From positions 1 through 64,000 of the IMG/VR virus record IMGVR_UViG_3300012984_000014: a stretch of 64,000 bases of DNA, one strand, 5' to 3'. This DNA comes from a virus. The notes beneath the pieces were generated by a model, which worked only from the letters and a program-made list of their open reading frames with translations, did no database searches and was not told where the DNA came from. This document shows positions 16,421 to 24,415 of this stretch, piece by piece (the stretch's first letter is position 1; each line of letters opens with the position of its first letter). A program made the translations under genes and the position numbers.

Positions 16421-17305
16421 ATGACGACGACAGGCAAGAAAGTTGCTGCTGGCAAACCAGCAGCCGTTCCCGAAACCGAAGTGGCCGCGGTCGAAGAGAC
16501 CCCGAAGCGCTTCTCTCTCACGATGGCCGAACGCGGCCCCGTTCTCCCGGTCGGCGTCAAGCTGCCCTCGGGAGACCTCGCGCGCGACATTGTCGCGCGC
16601 CCTTGGAAGACCAAGGACGAGCGCGCGCTGGGCAAGCTGAAGAAGCCGAACATGAGCATGGCCGGCTACGTCGGCACGCTCATCGGCTACATGTTCAGCC
16701 GACTCGGAACGAACGAGTGGCAACCCGACTCTCCGCCCATGCCCGAACGTCTGGTGATGATCAACCAGATGTACATGGCTGATGTCTTCTACGCCTACAT
16801 GTGGCTTCGCCGGGAAGTGATCGGCAACGAGCTTCACATGAACGTGGAGTGCCCAAGTTGCAAGAAGGGCTTCCGCTTCGAGGGCGACTTGGGCTCAACC
16901 ATGGTCCAGTGCGTCCACGATGTGAACGGGCTGGATCAGACGTACACGCTCAAGGATCCCATCAGCGTTCGCAAGAAGAACGTGACTGTGTTTCGTATGC
17001 GTCCGCCGCGCTGGGGCGCTCTCAACATCAAGGATGGCGAAGCGCTGAACGAGGCGACGGCGAAGATTGCCACCATTCGCAGCTCCATCGTCGGCTTGAA
17101 CGACGATCCGAACGAGGTGACGCTCACTGACGACGAGTTGGACGAGCTGTCCAAGAAGGATCTCGAAGGCATCTCGGCCCTCCTCAACAACGACTACCTG
17201 GGACCCCGGATGGTCGTGGAAGGCGACTGCCCGCGCTGTGAAGCTCCATTCAAGCAGATGATCGACTGGAGTTATGGAGGTTTTTTTACGAGTTCTTCCG
17301 TGTAA
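16421..17305 (+). CDS. Tail assembly chaperone (G)
   Basis: GGAGG RBS before the ATG at 16421. Lies between tube and tape measure. Two similar domains, each with a CPxC knuckle. Ends just after a slippery site. Confidence 0.75.
   Translation: MTTTGKKVAAGKPAAVPETEVAAVEETPKRFSLTMAERGPVLPVGVKLPSGDLARDIVARPWKTKDERALGKLKKPNMSMAGYVGTLIGYMFSRLGTNEWQPDSPPMPERLVMINQMYMADVFYAYMWLRREVIGNELHMNVECPSCKKGFRFEGDLGSTMVQCVHDVNGLDQTYTLKDPISVRKKNVTVFRMRPPRWGALNIKDGEALNEATAKIATIRSSIVGLNDDPNEVTLTDDELDELSKKDLEGISALLNNDYLGPRMVVEGDCPRCEAPFKQMIDWSYGGFFTSSSV
17281..17287 (+). other. Programmed -1 ribosomal frameshift site (T TTT TTT) producing the G-T chaperone fusion
   Basis: Codons read GGT TTT TTT ACG. The -1 frame reads TAC GAG TTC TTC CGT GTA ATA AAG TTG with no stop and joins ORF 17311-17511 in frame. 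Confidence 0.8.
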
Positions 17306-17511
17306 TAAAGTTGGAGGACCTGCGTGAGCAGGTCTTCGCTCTGACTTATGGCATGGAAGGAATTGGCTATGACGCCATCAGCGAGATGGAGCCAGACGAG
17401 CGCGAGTGGTACGTCACTCGTCTGAACAAGCAGCTGAAGTACGAAAACGAGGAGATCAAGAAGGCTGGAGCGAAGAATAAGGGGCGTGGTCGGTCGCGCG
17501 GCAAAAGGTAA
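17287..17511 (+). CDS. Tail assembly chaperone T segment (expressed via the -1 frameshift)
   Basis: EQVFALTYGMEGIGYDAISEMEPDEREWYVTRLNKQ resembles gpT/gpE'-type segments. The frame is open from the slippery site. Confidence 0.7.
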   Translation, partial: YEFFRVIKLEDLREQVFALTYGMEGIGYDAISEMEPDEREWYVTRLNKQLKYENEEIKKAGAKNKGRGRSRGKR

Positions 17512-17517
17512 ACCAAG

Positions 17518-19968
17518 ATGAGCCTGGAAAACATCGGAATCGGCGGCGTCCTCAGCTTCAACGGAAGCCAAGCCGTTGCCGGAATGGGCTCAGCAACGGC
17601 GGCTACCGCCAAACTCGCAGACAAACAGACCACGCTTTCCATCGCCGCATCAAAGGTCGGCGGTGCTTTCAGTGCGATCGGAGGCTTCGCCGCCAAGGCA
17701 AGCCTCGCGCTCGCTCCGATCACGGGTGCCTTCGCTTTCGCCGAGCACTACGCGATGAAGTTCGAGAAGGCCATGAGCGGTGTCAAGGCCGTGGCCGGCG
17801 CGACTTCCGGAGAGATGGCCCAGCTCACGTTGGCGGCCAAGAAGTTCGGCGCCAAGTCGACGTTCGACCCCGTTGAAGTGGCAGGCGGCATGGAAGAGCT
17901 CGCGCGCGCTGGCTTCGACGCAAAGGAAACGCTATCTGCCATTCCAGGCGTCCTCGCAGCGGCCGCTGCCGAAGGCATGCCGTTGGCACAGGCGACAGAG
18001 ATTGTCTCCCAAACACTCCGAGGTATGGGGCTGGCAGCGGACCAGTCAACGCGGGTGGCAGACGTGCTCGCGTTGGCGTCGGCGAAGACGAACGCCAGCA
18101 TCAGCTCGTTGGGCGAGGCAATGAAGTATGCCGCTGCCCAATCGAAGATCATGGGCGTTGACTTGGAGACCACGGTCGGCATGCTCGGCCTCGCGGCAGA
18201 TGCGGGCTTGAGCGGATCCATCGGCGGCTCCTCGTTTGCGGCGATGCTTACCAAGCTCGCCAAGCCGAGCAAAGAGGCGAACCGCTGGCTCAAGGCCAAC
18301 AACATCGAGATGACCAAGACGGCCACCGGCGGCCTGGACATCGTCGATGTGATCAAGCAGATCAACACCAAGATCGAAGCCCAAACCGATGTGATGAAGA
18401 AGGGCGCGATCATGGCCGAGGTCTTTGGCGACCGCGGCAAGAAGGCGTTCGGCGCCATCGCCTCCGGAATCCAATCCGGGAAGATCGACACAATCGTTGC
18501 CGACCTCCGGAACGCCGCGGGCGCGGCCCAGAAGATGGCCGACACGCGCTTGGAAGGCGTGTTGGGAACGATCAAGCAGATCACGAACGCCGGCAAGGCG
18601 CTGGCGATCGAATTCTTTGGCGGGTTGATCACGGCGGCCGGGCCGACTCTGAAGGCGGTCGGCGAGGCGTTCGGAAACATCGTCAATATCGTTCAAGACC
18701 TGCAGGCCGGCGTGAAGATGAATCGCGCCGAACTTGAAGACAAGTACGGCCCCGGCGTCGTGGCTGTCGCCTATGGAATCGTGGACGCCATCAAGGAGAT
18801 CTCCAACACTATCGGTGTGGTCCGCGCAGCTTTCATGGACTTCTTCGAAAGGATCGCAGGTGGCGCATCATCGGAGATGATTCAATCGCTCGTGAAGATC
18901 GGCGTGGAATTGCTGGCTGTTACCGCGCTCCTAAGTCCATTCTTGGTGGCTGTTGCCGCTATTGCCACTGCCATTGGAGCAATCCTTCCTGTGGCTGGCG
19001 CCGTTGTCGAAGGAGTCGGAGCGGCTTTCTCCGCGCTGGCGTCTGGTCCAGTTTTGGCATTCGGCGTAACGATCGGCCTTTTGTTCCTCGCCATGCGGAA
19101 CGAAGGCGAGTCGGTCGGCTCAGTCTTCGAACGTATGTGGACGATGGTGACCGACCTCGGACACTGGTTCATGGACGAGGCGTTGATGCCCATGGTGAAC
19201 ATCTTCCTGAGCGAAGTGAAGCCAGCGATCGTCAACATTCAGAAGACGTTCAGCGCGTTCATCGCCGAAGCCGGAGCCGAGTTCAAGTCTTGGTTCGGCG
19301 GCATCTACCGCGCGATGCAAGCGCTGGCTCCGCTCTTCAGCGCCATCTTCAAGATCTTGGGCGTAATCGTCGCGTCCTTCGTGGACGTCGCCGTGACGAT
19401 GTTCGGCTGGATTCTTCAGGCGGTCACCCCGGTGCTACATGTGGTCAAGGAGGTCGGGCTCTGGATCCTCAACGTCTTGCTCAAGGCGTTGCAGAAGGCC
19501 ATCAGCTTCGCCCTGCAGGCCAGCCACGCGCTGGGCATCGACACGAGCGGCCCGATCTGGCAGGACCTCGCGACGTTCGCGAGCAACAAGATTGACATCT
19601 CCTCGCCCGAGGGGCAGGCCCAGAACCAATCGGCGATCCAGAGCGCGGGAAAGAAGCCCACCGTGGCCGAGCGAGAACATGGCGACAGCGGAGCCGACGT
19701 ATTTGCCAAGGAGGCGGCGCAGAACGTCGCGATGCAGAAGGCGGCAGGCGCGTCCAAGCCAAACGTTGACGTCACGGTCGACGTCCAAGACAAGCGTTCG
19801 CTCGAAGTGAAGAACTGCATGACAGTCGATGGCCGGGAGCTCGCCGTGGCCCAGGGCCGTCACAAACAGGAGATCAACGAGCGCGCGGGCTTCCGGGCAA
19901 CGCCGTACCAGCGCCGACAAATCGCAGAGCAAGGCGCCGCTCCGGTCGGCGGAGTTGGAGGTTCCTGA
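17518..19968 (+). CDS. Tail tape measure protein (TP901 family)
   Basis: FEKAMSGVKAVAGAT, EVAGGMEELARAG, ADVLALASAKTNASISSLGEAMKY and GGSSFAAML match the TP901 core. Confidence 0.92.
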   Translation: MSLENIGIGGVLSFNGSQAVAGMGSATAATAKLADKQTTLSIAASKVGGAFSAIGGFAAKASLALAPITGAFAFAEHYAMKFEKAMSGVKAVAGATSGEMAQLTLAAKKFGAKSTFDPVEVAGGMEELARAGFDAKETLSAIPGVLAAAAAEGMPLAQATEIVSQTLRGMGLAADQSTRVADVLALASAKTNASISSLGEAMKYAAAQSKIMGVDLETTVGMLGLAADAGLSGSIGGSSFAAMLTKLAKPSKEANRWLKANNIEMTKTATGGLDIVDVIKQINTKIEAQTDVMKKGAIMAEVFGDRGKKAFGAIASGIQSGKIDTIVADLRNAAGAAQKMADTRLEGVLGTIKQITNAGKALAIEFFGGLITAAGPTLKAVGEAFGNIVNIVQDLQAGVKMNRAELEDKYGPGVVAVAYGIVDAIKEISNTIGVVRAAFMDFFERIAGGASSEMIQSLVKIGVELLAVTALLSPFLVAVAAIATAIGAILPVAGAVVEGVGAAFSALASGPVLAFGVTIGLLFLAMRNEGESVGSVFERMWTMVTDLGHWFMDEALMPMVNIFLSEVKPAIVNIQKTFSAFIAEAGAEFKSWFGGIYRAMQALAPLFSAIFKILGVIVASFVDVAVTMFGWILQAVTPVLHVVKEVGLWILNVLLKALQKAISFALQASHALGIDTSGPIWQDLATFASNKIDISSPEGQAQNQSAIQSAGKKPTVAEREHGDSGADVFAKEAAQNVAMQKAAGASKPNVDVTVDVQDKRSLEVKNCMTVDGRELAVAQGRHKQEINERAGFRATPYQRRQIAEQGAAPVGGVGGS

Positions 19969-20795
19969 TGGGCATCGGAAATGCACTGATCGGCGTTGGC
20001 GGGACCCTGCTGAGCAAGATGCTCAGCCTGAAGTCTTGGACGCTGAAGAACACCGAGGATGGCACCACACTGAAGGGGCAGTTCCCGGCAGAGGACGTCA
20101 CCCGGAGCGTGGGCGGGAATTGGTCCGAGATCCAGGCCCTGAACCGCAGCAACGCCTTCCTCCAATTCCTGAACGGGAAGTCCCAGACGCTCTCTGTTCA
20201 ATCGCGCTTCTTCAAGCGCGACATGTTCGACGACTCGCCGGTGGACAAGGTGGAGAAGCTGATCGAGTGGACGCAATCCACCATCCGCTTCCGGCGCCCG
20301 CCGATGCTAACGTTCATCCTCGGGGACGGCCTCGGCCTCCAGATGGACTGCGTTTGCACAGGCGTTACGGGCATCAAATATGGGATGCCCAACTCGCTCG
20401 GCGGCATTCGAGAAGTCCAGTTCACAATGGAGTTTCTGCGCGTCAGCGGGCGCCAGACGGCGTTCTCCAGCGAGCAGGAAGTCACAGACACGCGGTACGC
20501 GCACGCCAAGGATGGCGACTACTACGAATTGCTGTGCCAAGAGGAGTACGGCGACCCGATGATCGGCGTGATCATCCGTCAGCGGAATCCAACCAAGCCG
20601 CTGCTGTCTGCCGGCGACATCATCGCGCTCCCCGCGCTCGAAGGCGTCCGCGGCTCAGTGCCATCGCAGCAATCCATCCCGCTCAAGGGCGCATACGGCC
20701 GAAAGGACACGATTCAGAAGCAACTTCGGTTGCAGTTCTTCAACAAGCGCTCCACGAACTACACGACGTTCAACTACAAGACCGCGGTGCGCTGA
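19968..20795 (+). CDS. Tube initiator / LysM-like (gpX) baseplate protein
   Basis: Tube-like N-terminus (RPPMLTFILG...VQFTMEFL) and LysM-like C-terminus AKDGDYYELLCQEEYGDP...IRQRNP...LSAGDIIALP. Confidence 0.75.
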   Translation: MGIGNALIGVGGTLLSKMLSLKSWTLKNTEDGTTLKGQFPAEDVTRSVGGNWSEIQALNRSNAFLQFLNGKSQTLSVQSRFFKRDMFDDSPVDKVEKLIEWTQSTIRFRRPPMLTFILGDGLGLQMDCVCTGVTGIKYGMPNSLGGIREVQFTMEFLRVSGRQTAFSSEQEVTDTRYAHAKDGDYYELLCQEEYGDPMIGVIIRQRNPTKPLLSAGDIIALPALEGVRGSVPSQQSIPLKGAYGRKDTIQKQLRLQFFNKRSTNYTTFNYKTAVR

Positions 20796-22186
20796 TGGTC
20801 CAAGTCCTCGACACCCGTTCCGGAGCCACGACCGACAAAGGGATCGCGCCCATCTCGCGCTTCCCGGACACGATGGCGCCCGACTTCTCCATCAAATTGG
20901 ACAACAATCGCTTGGACGAGAGCGTCCGTGAGATGATCCAATCTGTGGAATACGAGTCTTGCGACGGCATGGCGGACGTCATGAAGCTGACGATCGCCGA
21001 CACGATGGACAAGAGCGCGCGCCTGCCAATCCGCGACTCGAAGTTGTTCATGCCCGGGCGCGTGATCTCGCTCTTCATCGGCTACGGAACACAGCTTCGA
21101 CACATTGGCTCGGCGGAGATCCGCCGAATTCGGCCCATCTTCCCGAGCGGCGCGGCGCCGTCGATGGAAGTCATTGCCTACACGGCAGATGCAAAGATGG
21201 CGGACACCGGCCCCGAGCCGCTCAAAGAGACCAAGGTCCTGAAGAAGGGCGGAATCAGGAAGAAGAACAGCAAGGCGGGACGCCGTTGGAAGGACGCGCG
21301 GTACAGCGACGCGGTGGCCGATCGGGCCGACGCCTACGGCTTCAAGTTGGACATCGATGAGGCGCCGTATGGCGGCGACTTCATCCAAAAAGCCAACATG
21401 ACCGACTACGATTTCATCAAGGGCCTGTCCAATCTGACTGGCTTCGTATTCTGGGTGGACGGCGACTCGAACGGCGAGTGGACCCTGCATTTCAAGGATC
21501 CCGCGCGCCTCCGGCAAGCCGACCTCCAGGACAAGACGTACACATTCAAGTACGCGGACGACGACTTCAGCACGTTGCTTTCGTTCGAGCCCGAACTGGC
21601 GATCCAGTCGGCGATCACCAAGCTCCTCGTCCAGACCAAGGACCCCATCAGCGGGAAGATCCTGGAGGCGAAGATTGAGGAGGAGCCCGACCAGGGACCA
21701 GAAACCGGCATTGATCCCGGGAACCTGAAGCATGATGGCGACATCGTGGACAAGAGCCTGGATCAGCGCTCCGCGCTCGACCTAAAGGGCAATGGGATGA
21801 CCGGACAGCTGACGACGGCCAGCGACATCAAGCTGTTCGTCGATGACTTCAGCTTCGACATCCGAGCCAACCGACGTTTCCGAAACGAAGCCGAATTGGC
21901 TGGTTGGGCGGCGCAATGGTTCCGTCGCAATCGTGAGAACTTCCTTCTGGCGCGCGGCTCGATAATTGGCATCGAGTCGATGCGGGCACGACAGATTCAC
22001 AACATGTCCGGCCTGGGAATCGCTTGGGACGGACCCTATTATTTCACGCGCGTTCGCCACATTCTGAACGCCACGCAGGGCTATGTCATCGACTTCAACG
22101 GGCGGAAGCTCGTTCCGGACCTGCCGCCAGTCAGCTCCGATCAAGACCTCCAGATTGAAACCCTACTTCTAGGACAGACGTTTTGA
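20795..22186 (+). CDS. Baseplate hub protein (late control D / gp27 / VgrG N-terminal-like)
   Basis: ATG at 20795 overlaps the previous TGA. IQSVEYESCDGMADVMKLTI, QKANMTDYDFIKGLSNLTGFVFWVD and GPYYFTRVRH match hub proteins. Confidence 0.8.
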   Translation: MVQVLDTRSGATTDKGIAPISRFPDTMAPDFSIKLDNNRLDESVREMIQSVEYESCDGMADVMKLTIADTMDKSARLPIRDSKLFMPGRVISLFIGYGTQLRHIGSAEIRRIRPIFPSGAAPSMEVIAYTADAKMADTGPEPLKETKVLKKGGIRKKNSKAGRRWKDARYSDAVADRADAYGFKLDIDEAPYGGDFIQKANMTDYDFIKGLSNLTGFVFWVDGDSNGEWTLHFKDPARLRQADLQDKTYTFKYADDDFSTLLSFEPELAIQSAITKLLVQTKDPISGKILEAKIEEEPDQGPETGIDPGNLKHDGDIVDKSLDQRSALDLKGNGMTGQLTTASDIKLFVDDFSFDIRANRRFRNEAELAGWAAQWFRRNRENFLLARGSIIGIESMRARQIHNMSGLGIAWDGPYYFTRVRHILNATQGYVIDFNGRKLVPDLPPVSSDQDLQIETLLLGQTF

Positions 22187-23037
22187 TCATCAGCGGTACA
22201 TATCCGGCTACAGTCACCGCCATTGACGACCCCGAGCAACGCGGGCGAATTCGTGTTGCTTGCGCAGCACTCATGGGAGACGAAGAGACCGAGATGCCAC
22301 ACTGGGTTGATCCGGTGTACGAATGGGGGTGGTTCATTGTTCCCGACCCTGGCGAAATCGTGGATATCGAGGTGGCAGAGGGAGCGGAGGACGACGAACA
22401 CCGCGGACAAATCTCAATCCAGAATTTGAATCCTCGTTGGAAGGGCCGCTATTGGGGCGGCGAAAACACGGAGAACGCCAGGAAGGTTCCGGACGACTTC
22501 AAGACGAACTACGGCAAACGCCGGGGCTTCGCCACGCCCGGCGGCCACGTGATGATGTTCGACGACACGGAGGGCCAGAAGAAGTTCAGCATCACGAAGG
22601 CCGGGGCGGATGGTGAATTCACGTACATGGCTGCCGACGAAGACGGCAGCTGGATCATGGCGAACAAAAACGGCTCGCTGCTGTACATGAACGCCAAGGC
22701 CAAGGAGGTGTCTTGGATTGACGAGCACGGCAACACCATCTCATCCGCGTCGACTGGTATCAAGCTGATCGACAAGTCGGGCGGCATCATCGAGATGAAG
22801 GACAGCGCGATCCAGATTCTCAGCGCGGGCGCCGTGACCGTCTCGTGCAAGAACGCTGTTCTGGACGCGGGCAAGGTCGAGTTGGCTCAACCGGCCATCG
22901 ACGCGATCATCAAGGGCACGACGTTCATGCCCTACTTTCTCGCCCACATCCATCCGACCGGAATGGGCCCGAGCGGGCCGCCCGTTCCCACCGGCGCGGA
23001 GGCGACGCTGCTCAGCCTCAAGGTATTCGTCGGATGA
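22183..23037 (+). CDS. Baseplate central spike (gp5/gpV OB-fold, beta-helix, HxH tip)
   Basis: YPATVTAIDDPEQRGRIRV OB-fold start, FIVPDPGEIV, TPGGHVMMFDD and C-terminal HIHPTGMGPSGPP metal-binding tip. Confidence 0.85.
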   Translation: MIISGTYPATVTAIDDPEQRGRIRVACAALMGDEETEMPHWVDPVYEWGWFIVPDPGEIVDIEVAEGAEDDEHRGQISIQNLNPRWKGRYWGGENTENARKVPDDFKTNYGKRRGFATPGGHVMMFDDTEGQKKFSITKAGADGEFTYMAADEDGSWIMANKNGSLLYMNAKAKEVSWIDEHGNTISSASTGIKLIDKSGGIIEMKDSAIQILSAGAVTVSCKNAVLDAGKVELAQPAIDAIIKGTTFMPYFLAHIHPTGMGPSGPPVPTGAEATLLSLKVFVG

Positions 23038-23147
23038 AGATCATGATCAAGGGCGCGGCCATCGTCGGCATCGGCTTTTGTCTTGCTGTGACGGTCGCTT
23101 GCGAGTTGGCCGGGGCATACGAGCGGCGCGCGCGGAGGCGTCGATGA
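23034..23147 (+). CDS. Possible 37-aa membrane peptide (hydrophobic N-terminus, Arg-rich C-terminus)
   Basis: MKIMIKGAAIVGIGFCLAVTVACELAGAYERRARRRR. Overlaps the spike stop and abuts the next ATG. Confidence 0.3.
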   Translation: MKIMIKGAAIVGIGFCLAVTVACELAGAYERRARRRR

Positions 23148-23489
23148 ATGTCCAAGTGCAAGTTCCCAACGCTGCCCACGCTCGCGCTCCCCATCCCATT
23201 CCCGCCCGCGCTTCCGCAGCTTCCGGCACTGCCCACGTTGCCGGCCCTGCCGAATCTGCCGGGCATACCTCTGCCAACGCTGCCCACGCTCGCGCTCCCC
23301 ATCCCATTCCCGCCCGCGCTTCCGCAGCTTCCGGCACTGCCCACGTTGCCGAGCCTCCCCAAGCTACCGATTGGAATCACGCTGCCAACGCTGCCCACGC
23401 TCGCGCTGCCGATCCCATTCCCGCCAGCTCTCCCCCAACTGCCGACGCTGCCCACGCTTCCCGGGCTGCCTCCGTGCGCTATTGACTGA
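23148..23489 (+). CDS. Pro/Leu-rich repeat mini-protein bounded by Cys motifs
   Basis: Three copies of PTLPTLALPIPFPPALPQLP. GGAGG upstream. Its stop overlaps the next start. Confidence 0.6.
   Translation: MSKCKFPTLPTLALPIPFPPALPQLPALPTLPALPNLPGIPLPTLPTLALPIPFPPALPQLPALPTLPSLPKLPIGITLPTLPTLALPIPFPPALPQLPTLPTLPGLPPCAID
23166..23460 (+). repeat. Three near-identical in-frame tandem repeats (periods 108 and 111 nt)
   Basis: CCAACGCTGCCCACGCTCGCGCT starts at 23166, 23274 and 23385. Confidence 0.9.
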
Positions 23490-23992
23490 TGGCCCTTGTA
23501 AGCTCCGTTTTGGCCTCGGGCCTGCTGGCAATGGTTCCGACGCCTGTGGAAGCGACGGCAATCACGAACTTCACCAACGCCTGGGCCACGTACTTCGCGG
23601 GCGCGAGCGTCACCGGCGTGCCCGTCGGGAGCTTGGCAGCGGCGAAGTCGGCGATGCAGGGCGCGCTCGTCGGTATGAGCTTGGCGAACGCGGGCGCGGC
23701 GAAGATTCAGGCGGGAATCACGGCCTTCTGGGGCGTCATCGTCACGAGCGGGCCGACCCTCTGGGTGCTCACCCCGAGCGTGATCACGGTGGTGACTCCG
23801 CCTCCGACGCTCGGAGGTATTGCGGCCGCACTTACAGCCGTCTTTGCGTCGAACGCTGCTGATCCAACCAAAACCCTCGCGCAAGCAACAAACGCCATCG
23901 CTATCGTCCTGCACAACAACGGCGGCCTCGGAGGCATAGCCACAGTCCAACCACCTCCCGTTGCCCCTTCCGTCCCCACACCTATTCTCTAA
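23489..23992 (+). CDS. Hypothetical Ala/Thr-rich baseplate-region protein
   Basis: Coupled ORF between the spike and gp25. Confidence 0.55.
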   Translation: MALVSSVLASGLLAMVPTPVEATAITNFTNAWATYFAGASVTGVPVGSLAAAKSAMQGALVGMSLANAGAAKIQAGITAFWGVIVTSGPTLWVLTPSVITVVTPPPTLGGIAAALTAVFASNAADPTKTLAQATNAIAIVLHNNGGLGGIATVQPPPVAPSVPTPIL

Positions 23993-23995
23993 TCC

Positions 23996-24412
23996 ATGGC
24001 AAGCGGCATTTCAACCCCCGTGGGAGCAAATCCAGGCGGGGGTATGCGGATAGCATCCGGGTCCGAGCAGGACACGAACGTGCTGATGCTCGCGCTCGCC
24101 TCGGACGACAACGAGAACGGTTTCCAGCAAGGCCAGGGGCTGGGAATTGAGATGATCTTCGACATCAACGACCCCGCGGCGCGCGCGGACATCCTAGCGA
24201 GCCTCCGGCGTGTCTTCGGGCGCTTCGAACGCCTAAAGCGCTTCAAGCTTCTGGAAAACACGATTCGTTGGCAGGACGGAGATCCTGGCGAGGCCATCTT
24301 GGTTTGTAAATACATCGCTTTGGAAACGGACAAGGTGGAAGAATTCGCCAAGTCCTACTACTCGTCTGAATCCGGCGCCAGCAACACCACGAACAAAAAC
24401 GGAACCAGGTAA
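23996..24412 (+). CDS. Baseplate wedge subunit (gp25/gpW-like)
   Basis: GLGIEMIFDINDPAAR...LRRVFGRFE and position immediately before baseplate J. Confidence 0.7.
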   Translation: MASGISTPVGANPGGGMRIASGSEQDTNVLMLALASDDNENGFQQGQGLGIEMIFDINDPAARADILASLRRVFGRFERLKRFKLLENTIRWQDGDPGEAILVCKYIALETDKVEEFAKSYYSSESGASNTTNKNGTR

Positions 24413-24415
24413 GCA

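Noticed and set aside
19829-20794. N-terminal extension of the 785-aa ORF 19829-22186
   Set aside because: It overlaps the tape measure end and the LysM gene in another frame. Hub similarity starts at the ATG at 20795, which is coupled to the previous stop.
23166-23460. Possible CRISPR array
   Set aside because: The repeats are ~75 nt, in frame, with similar rather than unique spacers, and there are no cas genes. It is a coding repeat.
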